Source of the DNA: Poseidonia sp.
GTDB lineage: Archaea; Thermoplasmatota; Poseidoniia; Poseidoniales; Poseidoniaceae
Direction of reading: 5' to 3'
NCBI GenBank assembly: GCA_965661285.1
Contig: CBFIDD010000002.1
Coordinates: 160,001 to 224,000 of the forward strand
Length of the DNA: 64,000 nucleotides
The position numbers were made by a program, and so were the translations under genes. Below, one piece after another: positions 49,302 through 59,064 of the stretch. Numbering within the stretch: the first letter of the stretch is position 1; each line of letters opens with the position of its first letter. Under the pieces are notes generated by a model. It made no database searches. It saw only the letters and a program-made list of their open reading frames with translations, and had not been told where the DNA came from.

Positions 49302-50493
49302 CGGCTTCCACGTCTTTGAACAGATCTCGCGTGATGTTCTTTTGATGCGACTCGAGCGTGCCGCCACCGATTTCAAGCAACTTGGCGTCTCGCCACAGAC
49401 GCTCTACGTGGTATTCACCAACATAGCCGTAGCCGCCCATGACCTGCATGGCGGCGTCGGCGATTTCCTTGGCTGCGGTGGTGGCAAAGAGCTTGACGCC
49501 GTCGGAATCGAGTCGCTGACCTGAGGTGCCGATGGTGAGGTTGTTGGCCGTGTCGTAGATGTAGGCACGCATGGCTCGATACTTGGCCCAGCTCTCACCG
49601 ATGTAGCGCTGGATTTGACCAAAGTCTCGAATGGGTGAGCCGAAGGCCGTGCGGTCCGTAGCGTAGCGATTCATCTCGTCCAAGGCACGTCGGCCGATGC
49701 CGAGGGCCATACCTGCGAGGGTCAGGCGCTCAAGTTCCAAGTTCCCCATCATGTGGAGAAGGGACTCACCCACGTCACCAACGAGGTTTTCAGCAGGGAC
49801 AATGCAGTCGTCAAACACCAACTCAGCGGTGTTGGAGGCACGCATACCTGTTTTGTCGTAGATTTTCTGACCGACGCTGAATCCGGGCATACCGGCTTCG
49901 ACGAGGAAGGTCGACATTTGGACGCGACCTCGCTCGTCCTCGCCGGTTCGGGCGTAGACCCATACCACGTCAGCGGGTGTGCCGGCTTCGTCGATGCAAC
50001 CGTTGGTGATCCACATCTTTCGTCCGTTCAACACCCAAGCACCGTCATCACGCTGAACGGCGGACGTCGAAAGGCCGAGCACATCGGTTCCTGCATCGGG
50101 TTCGGACATGGCCATGGCGCCGATCCACTCTCCCGAGCAGACCTTGGGGAGGATGCGAGCCTTCTGGTCCTCGTTGCCGTTGTAGGCGAGGTTGTTGACA
50201 AAGAGCATCGAGTGGGCAAGGTAAGCAAGCGCAAATCCGGGGTCGGACGCCGAGAGTTCCTCGTGAACCATGGTGCAGGCAACAGCGTCCAGTCCAGCAC
50301 CGCCGTATTCTTCGGGAGCGCTGATGCCCAGCAGCCCCAAGTCACCCATGCTTCGAAGCAACTCGAGGTTGAACTTCTCGTTTCGGTCGTATTCCAGCGC
50401 TTGAGGCTCAACGTGTTCTTGGGTCCATTCTCGAACCATTTCACGAAGCATCAAATGTTCTTCACTGGGGTTGGCGATGTCCATGGTGGCCAT
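49291..50493 (-). CDS. Acyl-CoA dehydrogenase (isovaleryl-CoA dehydrogenase-like)
   Basis: AMSEPDAGTD, LNGRKMWITNG, GMRASNT, GGYGY, RDAKLLEIGGGT. Confidence 0.92.
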   Translation of the reverse strand: MATMDIANPSEEHLMLREMVREWTQEHVEPQALEYDRNEKFNLELLRSMGDLGLLGISAPEEYGGAGLDAVACTMVHEELSASDPGFALAYLAHSMLFVNNLAYNGNEDQKARILPKVCSGEWIGAMAMSEPDAGTDVLGLSTSAVQRDDGAWVLNGRKMWITNGCIDEAGTPADVVWVYARTGEDERGRVQMSTFLVEAGMPGFSVGQKIYDKTGMRASNTAELVFDDCIVPAENLVGDVGESLLHMMGNLELERLTLAGMALGIGRRALDEMNRYATDRTAFGSPIRDFGQIQRYIGESWAKYRAMRAYIYDTANNLTIGTSGQRLDSDGVKLFATTAAKEIADAAMQVMGGYGYVGEYHVERLWRDAKLLEIGGGTLESHQKNITRDLFKDVEAVNR

Positions 50494-50556
50494 GCTTTGC
50501 CGTTTCCTCGGTGGCTTTTGACCTTTGGCGCACCGTCGGCATCAACGCGCTTGGCC

Positions 50557-50748
50557 TTACTCTTCTGACGAGGAATCTTCGCCGAGCATTTCCTTACGAA
50601 ACGCCCGATAATCCTCCTCTTTGTCAAACTCAAGGGGGACCACCATGCGCTCTTGGCAGTCTTGGCACTCGTATTGTTGGCCGACCATGAACCCCATGTA
50701 GGGGTAGACTCGGATGCCATAACAGGCGATACAGACTCGAAAGGACAC
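50557..50748 (-). CDS. Small zinc-finger protein
   Basis: 63 aa, CIAC..CQDC. Confidence 0.7.
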   Translation of the reverse strand: MSFRVCIACYGIRVYPYMGFMVGQQYECQDCQERMVVPLEFDKEEDYRAFRKEMLGEDSSSEE

Positions 50749-50763
50749 CTTGTCACGTCCGTT

Positions 50764-51039
50764 TCACTCTTCTTCGGAAAAGGCACTGCGAAGTTCGTCG
50801 AGGTCAATACGATGGTCGGTGTTCACGTCCAAGGCTTGAATGATCACGGAAATTTGTGCGGGAGAGAGCACATCACCGACCAATTCTCGGATGCCCTTGT
50901 GCAATTCAGGACCGTTAATGGTGCCGTCGCTGTCGGCGTCGAAGGCTGCAAACATGTCGTCTACGGTCATGTCCTTCTCGTTCAGGGCTTCTGAAAGTTT
51001 GCTCATGGCTTCGTCTGCACTCCAGGTGTCTTCGCTCAT
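50764..51039 (-). CDS. Calmodulin-like two-EF-hand protein
   Basis: Loops DADSDGTINGPE and DVNTDHRIDLDE; 91 aa from ATG 51039. Confidence 0.8.
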   Translation of the reverse strand: MSEDTWSADEAMSKLSEALNEKDMTVDDMFAAFDADSDGTINGPELHKGIRELVGDVLSPAQISVIIQALDVNTDHRIDLDELRSAFSEEE

Positions 51040-51214
51040 GACCGGTGGTGCGCATGCGCCTCCTAAATCGTTTGCCCGGCCACGATGAATGCCGAGGTCG
51101 GGCGTGAGCACCACATCAACCCGTTGTGAGAGAGGAAGAAACGGCGATTCTTTTTCTAGCCTTGACCGGCATAAGTTCTTGATGGATGGCAGTATGCAGG
51201 CAAAAGAACCACGC

Positions 51215-52525
51215 ATGGCAAAGAAGTACATCGCAAGGGACCCGCGTACGGGAAAGCCCATCCAAACGGGCCACACCAGCGTTGCCGATGCCTCGTACGA
51301 GCCGACCGAGGGCCCTTGGTGTGCCCTCCATCCATCCGATATCATGTCGCTGGCCGAGGGAAGTTTGGCACAACGAGATGTGCGGTGGAAAAACGACACG
51401 TTGACCATGACCCGGAAGAACGGTGTCCGTGCCTTGAGCCATGTGCCGCAAAGCATGATCATGCCCGCCCACGGACTTCTGCTCGCAGCGTTTGAAGACG
51501 ATGACCCCGAGATTCGCATCGCAGCGCTCGAAGTGCTCCCAGAGTTTGCCGTTCGCCGCTCAAACGAACTCTTTGACTGGCTTTCTGTGTTGCTCGATGA
51601 CTCCAACAAGGCCGTGCAAAAGGCAGCCAGTGCTTCGCTCGCTCGTGCTGCACCCACCTTCCCTTCGGGCGTTCACTCATCGCTTGAAAACGAATTGCGG
51701 CACCCCGATGAACAGCGCCGAAAGGTGGCGTGGAAGGGACTTGAAGCGTTGACCAAGACGTGGCCGGATGTTGTGGCAGACCACGTCGACAGCATCCTGC
51801 TCGAACCGGATGTCAGCCTGCGACGTCGTGGGGCGAAGATGATCAACGCCATCGTTTCAAGAAAGACCTCTGCGGTGTGGGACCTCGTGTCTTGGGCGCT
51901 TAACGACGAGGACGACCAGGTTCGCAAAACCGTGGCGAAATCGCTGCCGAGGCTCGCCAAACAAGATGTTAGGATGGGAACGATGTTCGCCGAGCGCGCC
52001 ATTGCTGACCCCAATCCTGACGTTCGATTGTCCGCCATTCGAACGATTGAGAAACTCAACCGGGGTCACGGCCGTGCTCGTGATTTGATTCTTGCTGGGG
52101 CTCGCTCCGGGGACGTCCGTGTGCGCCGTGCCTGCGTGAGCCTCCTCCCGAAATTGATGGATGAGGCCGAACTTCGTGCTCTCGTCGACGACCTCCTGAA
52201 AACGGAGACCGACAAGGGCCTGGTTGAGAAATTGATGCAGTATCGCTTTGATGCCATGCTGGAGGGTACAGAAGCCGAGAAAAATGCGGCCCTTGCACCC
52301 GCGCTGCCCGTCCCTGAAATCGATAAGGAGGTGTTGCTGGCACAGGGCAAGCGTGTTGGCATGCAGCCTGCACCTCCCGCAGAGACGCCAAGAGCGAAGC
52401 CCGAAGCGAGCCCGGAGGCTCGTAAACCATCCACGCCACCAATGCGACGACCCACCCAAGACGAAATCATGGGGTACCATGACGACGATGATTTTCCTGA
52501 TTTTGATGATGAACCGTATGACTGA
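51215..52525 (+). CDS. HEAT-repeat protein
   Basis: Repeated D-x-D/N-x-x-V/IR units (DDDPEIR, DEDDQVR, DPNPDVR); Pro-rich and acidic tail. Confidence 0.8.
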   Translation: MAKKYIARDPRTGKPIQTGHTSVADASYEPTEGPWCALHPSDIMSLAEGSLAQRDVRWKNDTLTMTRKNGVRALSHVPQSMIMPAHGLLLAAFEDDDPEIRIAALEVLPEFAVRRSNELFDWLSVLLDDSNKAVQKAASASLARAAPTFPSGVHSSLENELRHPDEQRRKVAWKGLEALTKTWPDVVADHVDSILLEPDVSLRRRGAKMINAIVSRKTSAVWDLVSWALNDEDDQVRKTVAKSLPRLAKQDVRMGTMFAERAIADPNPDVRLSAIRTIEKLNRGHGRARDLILAGARSGDVRVRRACVSLLPKLMDEAELRALVDDLLKTETDKGLVEKLMQYRFDAMLEGTEAEKNAALAPALPVPEIDKEVLLAQGKRVGMQPAPPAETPRAKPEASPEARKPSTPPMRRPTQDEIMGYHDDDDFPDFDDEPYD

Positions 52526-52595
52526 GGCCGGCTGGCCGGTGCAACACCGTTAAGAACAGGTGGACGGTCGGCAACTCGCTGAAGAGGTGTATGCT

Positions 52596-52814
52596 ATGGA
52601 CGATGACATGCCATTCAACGACAAAGCACAACAGTTTGACCGATTGTGGGACGGCATCACGCCCAAAGGCGTGAACCGCTCAAAAGCGCTCAAATTCCGA
52701 CAATACATCCTTGAGCATGTTCGACAAATGCGTCGCCCACTAAACCGCGAAAACGCTCGCCGGTATTGGATGGGTGAACTTCAGAAAGAGATCGCCGACC
52801 GCGATAACTTCTGA
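52596..52814 (+). CDS. Small hypothetical protein (72 aa)
   Basis: GAGGTG upstream; MDDDMPFNDKAQQFDRLWDG... Confidence 0.65.
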   Translation: MDDDMPFNDKAQQFDRLWDGITPKGVNRSKALKFRQYILEHVRQMRRPLNRENARRYWMGELQKEIADRDNF

Positions 52815-52880
52815 TGACCCTGTGGAGGCCGCCTCGTCTCGGTGGCCAATGAAGAACACATGAGACGAACGGTGAGACCG

Positions 52881-54302
52881 ATGTTCACAACAACACGATT
52901 CGATGCATGGAACCTTCCAGAACCCATCCAAAACGGCTTGAACGCCATGGGGTGGGAATTTGCAACCCAAGTGCAACGGGACACGGTACCCATCGCTCGC
53001 AAAGGAACCGACGTCATCGGTCAAGCCCGCACCGGCTCAGGAAAAACAGCGGCCTTCGGCTTGCCCATTCTTGAGCGATGTCAAGCCACCGGTGAACTCC
53101 AAGCGTTGATTCTGACGCCCACGCGGGAACTCGCCAATCAAGTGGCCGAGGAACTGGCCATGCTCCAAGGCGATTCGGGATTGACCATCCTCACCGTGTA
53201 CGGTGGCACCGACCTCGAGAAGCAGGCCAAAACCCTCGGCCAAGGCGTGGACATCATCGTCGGCACGCCCGGTCGTGTCATGGACATGAGCGAACGTGGC
53301 CACATCGATTTGGCCAAGCCCCAAGTGATGTGCCTCGACGAAGCAGACCGCATGCTCGACATGGGATTCTTCCCGGACATCATGTGGGTCGTCGAACGTA
53401 TGACCGGACGTGAGCAGACCCTGCTCTTTTCCGCCACCTTTCCCCAGGAGATCATCGACGCTGCGCACGAATTCATGAACGAACCTGATTTCGTGTTGAC
53501 CAATGCAGAAGAACTCGATGTCCCGCCCATTGACCTCTACTCGGTTCGCATCGGGCGCTCCAACAAACTCTGGGTGCTCGGCCGCCTTCTCATTCGAATG
53601 CAGGACGAGGACCAAACCATCATCTTCTGCAACACCAAGCGCATGGTTGACTTGGCGGTTGAGCGACTCAAGAAACACCGCTTTGATGTCGCCGGCCTCC
53701 ACGGTGACTTGAGCCAAAACCAGCGAGAACGCATCTTGGACTCGTTCAAAGAAGGCAAGGTCAAGACCATCATCGCCACCGATGTGGCTGCCCGTGGCAT
53801 CGACGTCGACGGCATCACCCTCGTCGTCAACTATGATATTCCAAACGACATGGATTCTTTCATCCACCGCATCGGCCGAACCGGACGGATTGGACGTACC
53901 GGAGAGGCATGGAGTTTGGTCTCCCGAGATGACGAACCGCAGTTGTCGAAAATCATGGCGACCTACGGCCTTGAGATCACACCAAGTGAAGCCCCTGAAC
54001 TACCAGACGGCGTTGAGCGTGACCCTGTTCGCCGACAAGAAGACTTTGGCGAAACGGCTGATGTCTTTGGGTACGTGACCATGAAACTCTCGCTTCGACC
54101 CGAGGATGCTGGTTCCAGCTTGAGCGTCGCCAACTGGTTTGTTGAACAGTTGCGCTGCGATGAATTGGCCATCGGCACCGTTGCCTTCCGAGACGATGCG
54201 ACGTTCGTGAGCCTCCACAAGAGCAAGATTGGAACGGCGATGAAGGCCATCGAAAAGCGCCCCTACAACGGGCAAACGATGACCGCAACCATCGTGGAAT
54301 GA
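52881..54302 (+). CDS. DEAD-box RNA helicase
   Basis: Q motif, ARTGSGKT, PTRELA, DEAD, SAT, ARGID, HRIGRTGR. Confidence 0.95.
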   Translation: MFTTTRFDAWNLPEPIQNGLNAMGWEFATQVQRDTVPIARKGTDVIGQARTGSGKTAAFGLPILERCQATGELQALILTPTRELANQVAEELAMLQGDSGLTILTVYGGTDLEKQAKTLGQGVDIIVGTPGRVMDMSERGHIDLAKPQVMCLDEADRMLDMGFFPDIMWVVERMTGREQTLLFSATFPQEIIDAAHEFMNEPDFVLTNAEELDVPPIDLYSVRIGRSNKLWVLGRLLIRMQDEDQTIIFCNTKRMVDLAVERLKKHRFDVAGLHGDLSQNQRERILDSFKEGKVKTIIATDVAARGIDVDGITLVVNYDIPNDMDSFIHRIGRTGRIGRTGEAWSLVSRDDEPQLSKIMATYGLEITPSEAPELPDGVERDPVRRQEDFGETADVFGYVTMKLSLRPEDAGSSLSVANWFVEQLRCDELAIGTVAFRDDATFVSLHKSKIGTAMKAIEKRPYNGQTMTATIVE

Positions 54303-55352
54303 TCATTCCTCTTCGCCACGGTTCTTCCACGAACCGGATTTTTTCGTGTGATGCGATTTCTTGGCCGGACTGGTTTCAGGTTGGTTGGCTGGTAATGCCG
54401 AGGAGGGCCACGAGCCGTCCTCGAGAGGTCGTTCAACCACCACCATGGTGCCCACGCCGACCGTCAAGCCCAGTGCTGAAAGCGACCAAGCATAGCCGAT
54501 GGCATCGTCCCATCGCTGTTCTGCATCAGCGCAATCGGATGAAAGTTGACTCGAAAATTCACAGAAGGCCAGCGTGTCCCTCGCATCGATGGCCTCCTGG
54601 TTGGTCGAGATGTTCGCCATGGCGAACACAAAGAGGAGGAGGGCAGCGCCCAGCAGCGCTTTGTGCTTTGTTTCCCAATGCCGTCGTCGCTGAAGCCGCC
54701 AGGGGGACGGGTCCTCTTTGGTGGCAGCCAGGGTTCGAGCGGGGCCGCCAAACCGAAGGAACCAGACGAGCCACATCGTGACAAGGACCACCAAGAAGCC
54801 CCAAGTGTAGACCGTTTCGTGGAATTGCCACATGGGCGTCAAACAGGCCTGGACGTCAGGTGTTTCGAGGCAGGAATCCAACGCGATGGGATAGAACACC
54901 ACCAAACGCAAAATGTTCAGAACGTACACAATGCCACACATCACGGCGACGGCTTTCCATTTTTCTCGTTGTGGAACACCATCCGTCATCATCACCAACG
55001 TGGAGAGGAAAATCATCTCGTGCACACCTGCGCACTCGTCCGAAACATAGAGTCCAACGCTGTCGTAAGGACCGGGAAAGGTGGGATGGAGAAGGTCAAT
55101 CCGGGTCAACCACCCGTTGTGATGGCTGATGACGGCGGTTCCTTCACCGTAGATGAGGTTGGTGAGTTCGTTCCATATCCACGCTTCAGTGACCTGGATT
55201 GGAGCAAGGGTATCGGAGGGGATGGTGAGAAACCAGTAGAAGGCCTCAACCAACAGAAGCGCCAATGGTATGCGACCGTACCGCAAACCCAACTCGCCAA
55301 CCTCCTGCCAAGACATGTCCCCTTCGGGACGTGCTGACTTGGTTGCCGCCAT
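54303..55352 (-). CDS. Exosortase/archaeosortase family protein (second paralog)
   Basis: VSDECAGVHEM (Cys), LNILRL (Arg), FHETV (His); multi-TM. Confidence 0.8.
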   Translation of the reverse strand: MAATKSARPEGDMSWQEVGELGLRYGRIPLALLLVEAFYWFLTIPSDTLAPIQVTEAWIWNELTNLIYGEGTAVISHHNGWLTRIDLLHPTFPGPYDSVGLYVSDECAGVHEMIFLSTLVMMTDGVPQREKWKAVAVMCGIVYVLNILRLVVFYPIALDSCLETPDVQACLTPMWQFHETVYTWGFLVVLVTMWLVWFLRFGGPARTLAATKEDPSPWRLQRRRHWETKHKALLGAALLLFVFAMANISTNQEAIDARDTLAFCEFSSQLSSDCADAEQRWDDAIGYAWSLSALGLTVGVGTMVVVERPLEDGSWPSSALPANQPETSPAKKSHHTKKSGSWKNRGEEE

Positions 55353-55463
55353 GGCATGAGAGCCGCGCCGTTGTTGAAAAGGTGTCGCGGAACAAAACGG
55401 TGGAACTTCGTGTTCATGGGGCTTGTGCATGTGTTCAAAACAGGGACGAACCTGCATCATGCC

Positions 55464-55715
55464 ATGGGAGGAGGCCCCGAAGCGTACGCCATAACGCATC
55501 GTCTCGACGTCTTGGGGTTCAACTGCCCCGTTCCTGTTGCGAAAACCAGAGAGGCACTTGAGGACCTGAGCGACGGAAATGTCCTCGAAGTCCTTGCCGA
55601 CGACCCCGAAACCCTGCAGGACATGCCGCTGCTCATTGGCAGAAGCCAGCACACCCTCCTGCATGTCGCCAACGAAGAAGGTGAACTTCGGTTTGTCATT
55701 GAGGTGAAAAAATGA
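55464..55715 (+). CDS. TusA/SirA-family sulfur carrier
   Basis: LDVLGFNCPVP, LEVLADDP. Confidence 0.88.
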   Translation: MGGGPEAYAITHRLDVLGFNCPVPVAKTREALEDLSDGNVLEVLADDPETLQDMPLLIGRSQHTLLHVANEEGELRFVIEVKK

Positions 55716-56323
55716 AGATTGTCAAGCATGAAGATGTCCCAAGCATTGCGTTCCTCCCCACCGGGTTTGGCGATTTTCAAATTCAAGTCTTCCACGAAGA
55801 ATCAACGGGGTTTGACCACGTAGCCTTGACACTCGGGGACATGAAAGGGCCCGACCCCGTTCTTGTCCGCGTCCACTCCGAATGCCTGACGGGCGATGTC
55901 TTTTCCAGCACCCGATGCGACTGTGGACCACAACTCCATGCCGCCCTCAACGCCATCGTCGAAAAGGGATGGGGCGCCCTTCTGTATTTGCGTCAAGAAG
56001 GACGTGGCATCGGACTTCACGCCAAAATTCAAGCCTACCACCTCCAGGACGGTGGCGCTGACACCTTGGATGCCAATCTCATGCTGGGTCACCCAGCCGA
56101 TGCACGAGACTACGCCATTGCAGCAGAAATGCTCGAAGACATCGGCGTCGAACGTGTTGAGTTGATGACCAATAACCCCGAGAAAGTGGAACAGTTGACC
56201 AAACACGGTATCGAAGTCGCCAGCCGCAGCCCGCTCATCGTGGGTGTTGGTTCAAACAATCGCGACTATTTGGCGACCAAGGGCGAGCGCATGGGCCACC
56301 ACATCTCCGACGGCGATCTGTGA
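55712..56323 (+). CDS. ribA: GTP cyclohydrolase II
   Basis: RVHSECLTGD, RCDCG, QEGRGIGL, TNNPEK. Confidence 0.95.
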   Translation: MKIVKHEDVPSIAFLPTGFGDFQIQVFHEESTGFDHVALTLGDMKGPDPVLVRVHSECLTGDVFSSTRCDCGPQLHAALNAIVEKGWGALLYLRQEGRGIGLHAKIQAYHLQDGGADTLDANLMLGHPADARDYAIAAEMLEDIGVERVELMTNNPEKVEQLTKHGIEVASRSPLIVGVGSNNRDYLATKGERMGHHISDGDL

Positions 56324-56326
56324 ACA

Positions 56327-56402
56327 TGGGGCCGTGGCCGGGAATTGAACCCGGGCTGGCAGAACCACAATCTGCCGTGCTAACCCCTACACCACCACAG
56401 CC
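56327..56402 (-). tRNA. tRNA-His(GTG) with encoded G-1 and CCA
   Basis: Reverse complement G-GCTGTGG..GCAGA-TTGTGGT-TCTGC..GGTTCAATTCC..CCACGGC-C-CCA. Confidence 0.92.
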
Positions 56403-56526
56403 ATGAGAGGTATCTGCGCCTCATGCGCTTGGTATTTCAAACATGCGCCAGCCGCGTCCTCGCTTCGTCCGTCGCTGGGCGCAGGGAACCCTCTGTTTCA
56501 AGAAGTGCCACCTCGTCCAAGACGTC

Positions 56527-58920
56527 ATGCGAACCCACAGCAAAGCGCTGTTTTTGACTCTCATGCTCTGTGTGGTCTCAGCCTCTCCGATACTGGCAAC
56601 AGCACAAGCCCGCAGCGTGCACAGCACGAGCGATGTCGACCTCTTTCCGCAGGGAAGTTTCGCGGACGCTGGTCTCTGGGACATGGGCGCCGAGACATCG
56701 TTCACGCAGGAGCGAGCTACCTATTCCGAAACGATGGTCGCTGACCAACGACTCACGATGCTGCACACTCGCCCCGTCCACCTCGATACCCTCACCGTGT
56801 GGTCGTCGACCTCACCGACCGGTTCCAACTATTCAACCGGTGCACCCGACGGGGCGAGCACATGGTCATCCGGTCCAGAAATCGAACTGACGGATTTTGA
56901 CATCGCTGGTCTGGTGAACTACCCCTTGGTTGAACTCCATATGGTTGGCGTCTTCCAAATTCCAGATGCGCTGCAGGAAGATACCGTCCGCATCTCGGTT
57001 GAACACGGTGATGGTTTTGACCTGCTCAAAACCTTCGCCCACACCCAAGGCAACGTGGATTACATCAACAACTCGGCGTACAAGGTCAACATCACCGGAC
57101 TCATGGATTGGACATGGGACGACATCGCCCAGATGACCTTCACCCTCGATTATGTTTCAGCAGGTGGTGTTGATGATTCTCGTTTGGTGGTCGACGCTCT
57201 TGGCCTTGACATCACGGTTCAAACACCCTGGTACGGTGGCGAGGTCGCCTATGCCACCTCGACCTTTGCCGGACACGACCTGCCTGTTCTGGGGCTCGAT
57301 TTCACCACCGGGAGCAGTAACAACATGGCGCTTGACGCCTGCGGACTCAAACCGACCGTTGAGGGCACCACCGGACAGTGGACCAGCGACATCATCACGC
57401 ATCCAGCCGAGCAAAGCCTTGGACGATTGCATCACAGCGTCGCTGAAGACGCCGATGGTGAGGTCAGTGTAGAAGTGGCCGTGTATGAAAACGAGGTGAT
57501 GACGGCTGATTTCACCACGGTTCAACCCAACACCTTGCTCCCGAACGGTGATGCCTACCAAGTCAGAATCACCGCCACCGATGCCTGCGTTTCGTCCGCA
57601 TGGGTCGATGTCAACGACCCATCACTGCGCCTCGACGGCCGTGTCTTTGGCACCAATGACGGCATTGATGACGAATACTCGCGTTGGCTGGTCTTTGTCA
57701 ACGACGAGTTGGTTTCCAACGAACCGATGACGCTTGGCACCTTCACGCACGAGTGGCCCATTGGCGGCTACCTCCAACCTGGAACTTCGTCCTTCACGGT
57801 GGCCGTACGTGCGTGGTTCACGTGGGATTCCGACGGAACAGCCAGTCATTCAGCCCTTGAGTTCACCCGTGCAGCCGTCTCTGGAGGCTATGCGATCCAG
57901 TGGGATGAAGACCCCGTCTGTGAGCCGATCGGCGACCAAACCCTCAGCGAGGACAACGGCGGCATCATCCTACCGCTCTTGAACCGCTGCACCGACGACA
58001 GAGCGACCAGCGAGGTCTTGCAGGTCCACTTCACCAACTCCAACGAGAACCTCGTCGCCGTGGACCTCACCGAAGGCGAAGTCCGTCTTCGTTTGCTTCC
58101 CGAAGCCAGCGGTCAAGCGGACATTGGCGTCACGGTAACCGACCCGGCAGGAAACACCTGGGAGGATGCCTTCTCCTTGGTGGTGGATGCAGTGGACGAC
58201 CCGCCCGTCGTTGAAGAATTCCAATCCCTCATTCCAGTTGAGCGAGAACTGACGACCGTCATCAACATGACCTGGAGTGACATTGATTCGCCCGGTCAAG
58301 TCACCGCTTCTACCAACCGCTCATGGGCCACCGTTGACCTCGACAGCAGTATCCTGACCTTACAGCCACAATCCGTTGGTTTCCAATCCGTTCTCGTGTC
58401 CGTTTGCGACCAGACCTCGTGCACGGAACGCGAGGTGGACCTCGATGTGCTGGCGCTGCCGGACCTCAGCATCGAGAGCATCGCGTTTGACAAGGAAGAA
58501 CTCACGCAGGGCGACATCATTTCGATGCGCGTCCTCGTGCGCAATCAAGGCCAAGCCGACGCCACCATGGTATCGGTTCGATGCCAAAGCGACGACCAAC
58601 TCATCGACGTGCAAACCATTCCCATCATCCGACCGGGTGAACTGCAAGCGGCGTTGTGCGACTGGCAGATTCCTCCCGACGCACGTGTCATTCGATTCAA
58701 TGCTGTCGTTGACCGAGGCCTCGAGATTCAAGAAGGGGACGAAAACAACAACATTCTCGAAGAATTGGTGGCGATTGAAGAGCGCGTGGAGGAGACCAGC
58801 GATTCGACCGAAGGAGAATTTTCAGCACAAACAGCGATGATTGGCGCCGTTCTTGTTGCGCTTGCCCTGCTCGGTTTGATCGCCTTTTTGATGCCGCCAA
58901 AAATCAAGAAAATTCAGTGA
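56527..58920 (+). CDS. Secreted Ig/cadherin-like and CARDB-domain surface protein with C-terminal TM anchor
   Basis: Signal peptide; VDDPP; LPDLSI..VRNQG..VD..IQEGDENNN (CARDB); TM followed by PPKIKKIQ. Confidence 0.8.
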   Translation: MRTHSKALFLTLMLCVVSASPILATAQARSVHSTSDVDLFPQGSFADAGLWDMGAETSFTQERATYSETMVADQRLTMLHTRPVHLDTLTVWSSTSPTGSNYSTGAPDGASTWSSGPEIELTDFDIAGLVNYPLVELHMVGVFQIPDALQEDTVRISVEHGDGFDLLKTFAHTQGNVDYINNSAYKVNITGLMDWTWDDIAQMTFTLDYVSAGGVDDSRLVVDALGLDITVQTPWYGGEVAYATSTFAGHDLPVLGLDFTTGSSNNMALDACGLKPTVEGTTGQWTSDIITHPAEQSLGRLHHSVAEDADGEVSVEVAVYENEVMTADFTTVQPNTLLPNGDAYQVRITATDACVSSAWVDVNDPSLRLDGRVFGTNDGIDDEYSRWLVFVNDELVSNEPMTLGTFTHEWPIGGYLQPGTSSFTVAVRAWFTWDSDGTASHSALEFTRAAVSGGYAIQWDEDPVCEPIGDQTLSEDNGGIILPLLNRCTDDRATSEVLQVHFTNSNENLVAVDLTEGEVRLRLLPEASGQADIGVTVTDPAGNTWEDAFSLVVDAVDDPPVVEEFQSLIPVERELTTVINMTWSDIDSPGQVTASTNRSWATVDLDSSILTLQPQSVGFQSVLVSVCDQTSCTEREVDLDVLALPDLSIESIAFDKEELTQGDIISMRVLVRNQGQADATMVSVRCQSDDQLIDVQTIPIIRPGELQAALCDWQIPPDARVIRFNAVVDRGLEIQEGDENNNILEELVAIEERVEETSDSTEGEFSAQTAMIGAVLVALALLGLIAFLMPPKIKKIQ

Positions 58921-59064
58921 TGTCTTGACAACGGCCATTCGCATCTCCACTGTCGGATAACGCGAAAAACCCACTCAAACTTGATAACCAAAACGTCGGA
59001 GGGGCTGTTGCTTTGAGGTCGTGGGGGCCGTTCAACTTCGGTTGACAAAGCAGGAGTGGGAACC

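Noticed and set aside
50764-51657. 297-aa ORF call containing EF-hands
   Set aside because: The N-terminal two thirds is antisense to the HEAT gene; the real gene most likely starts at ATG 51039.
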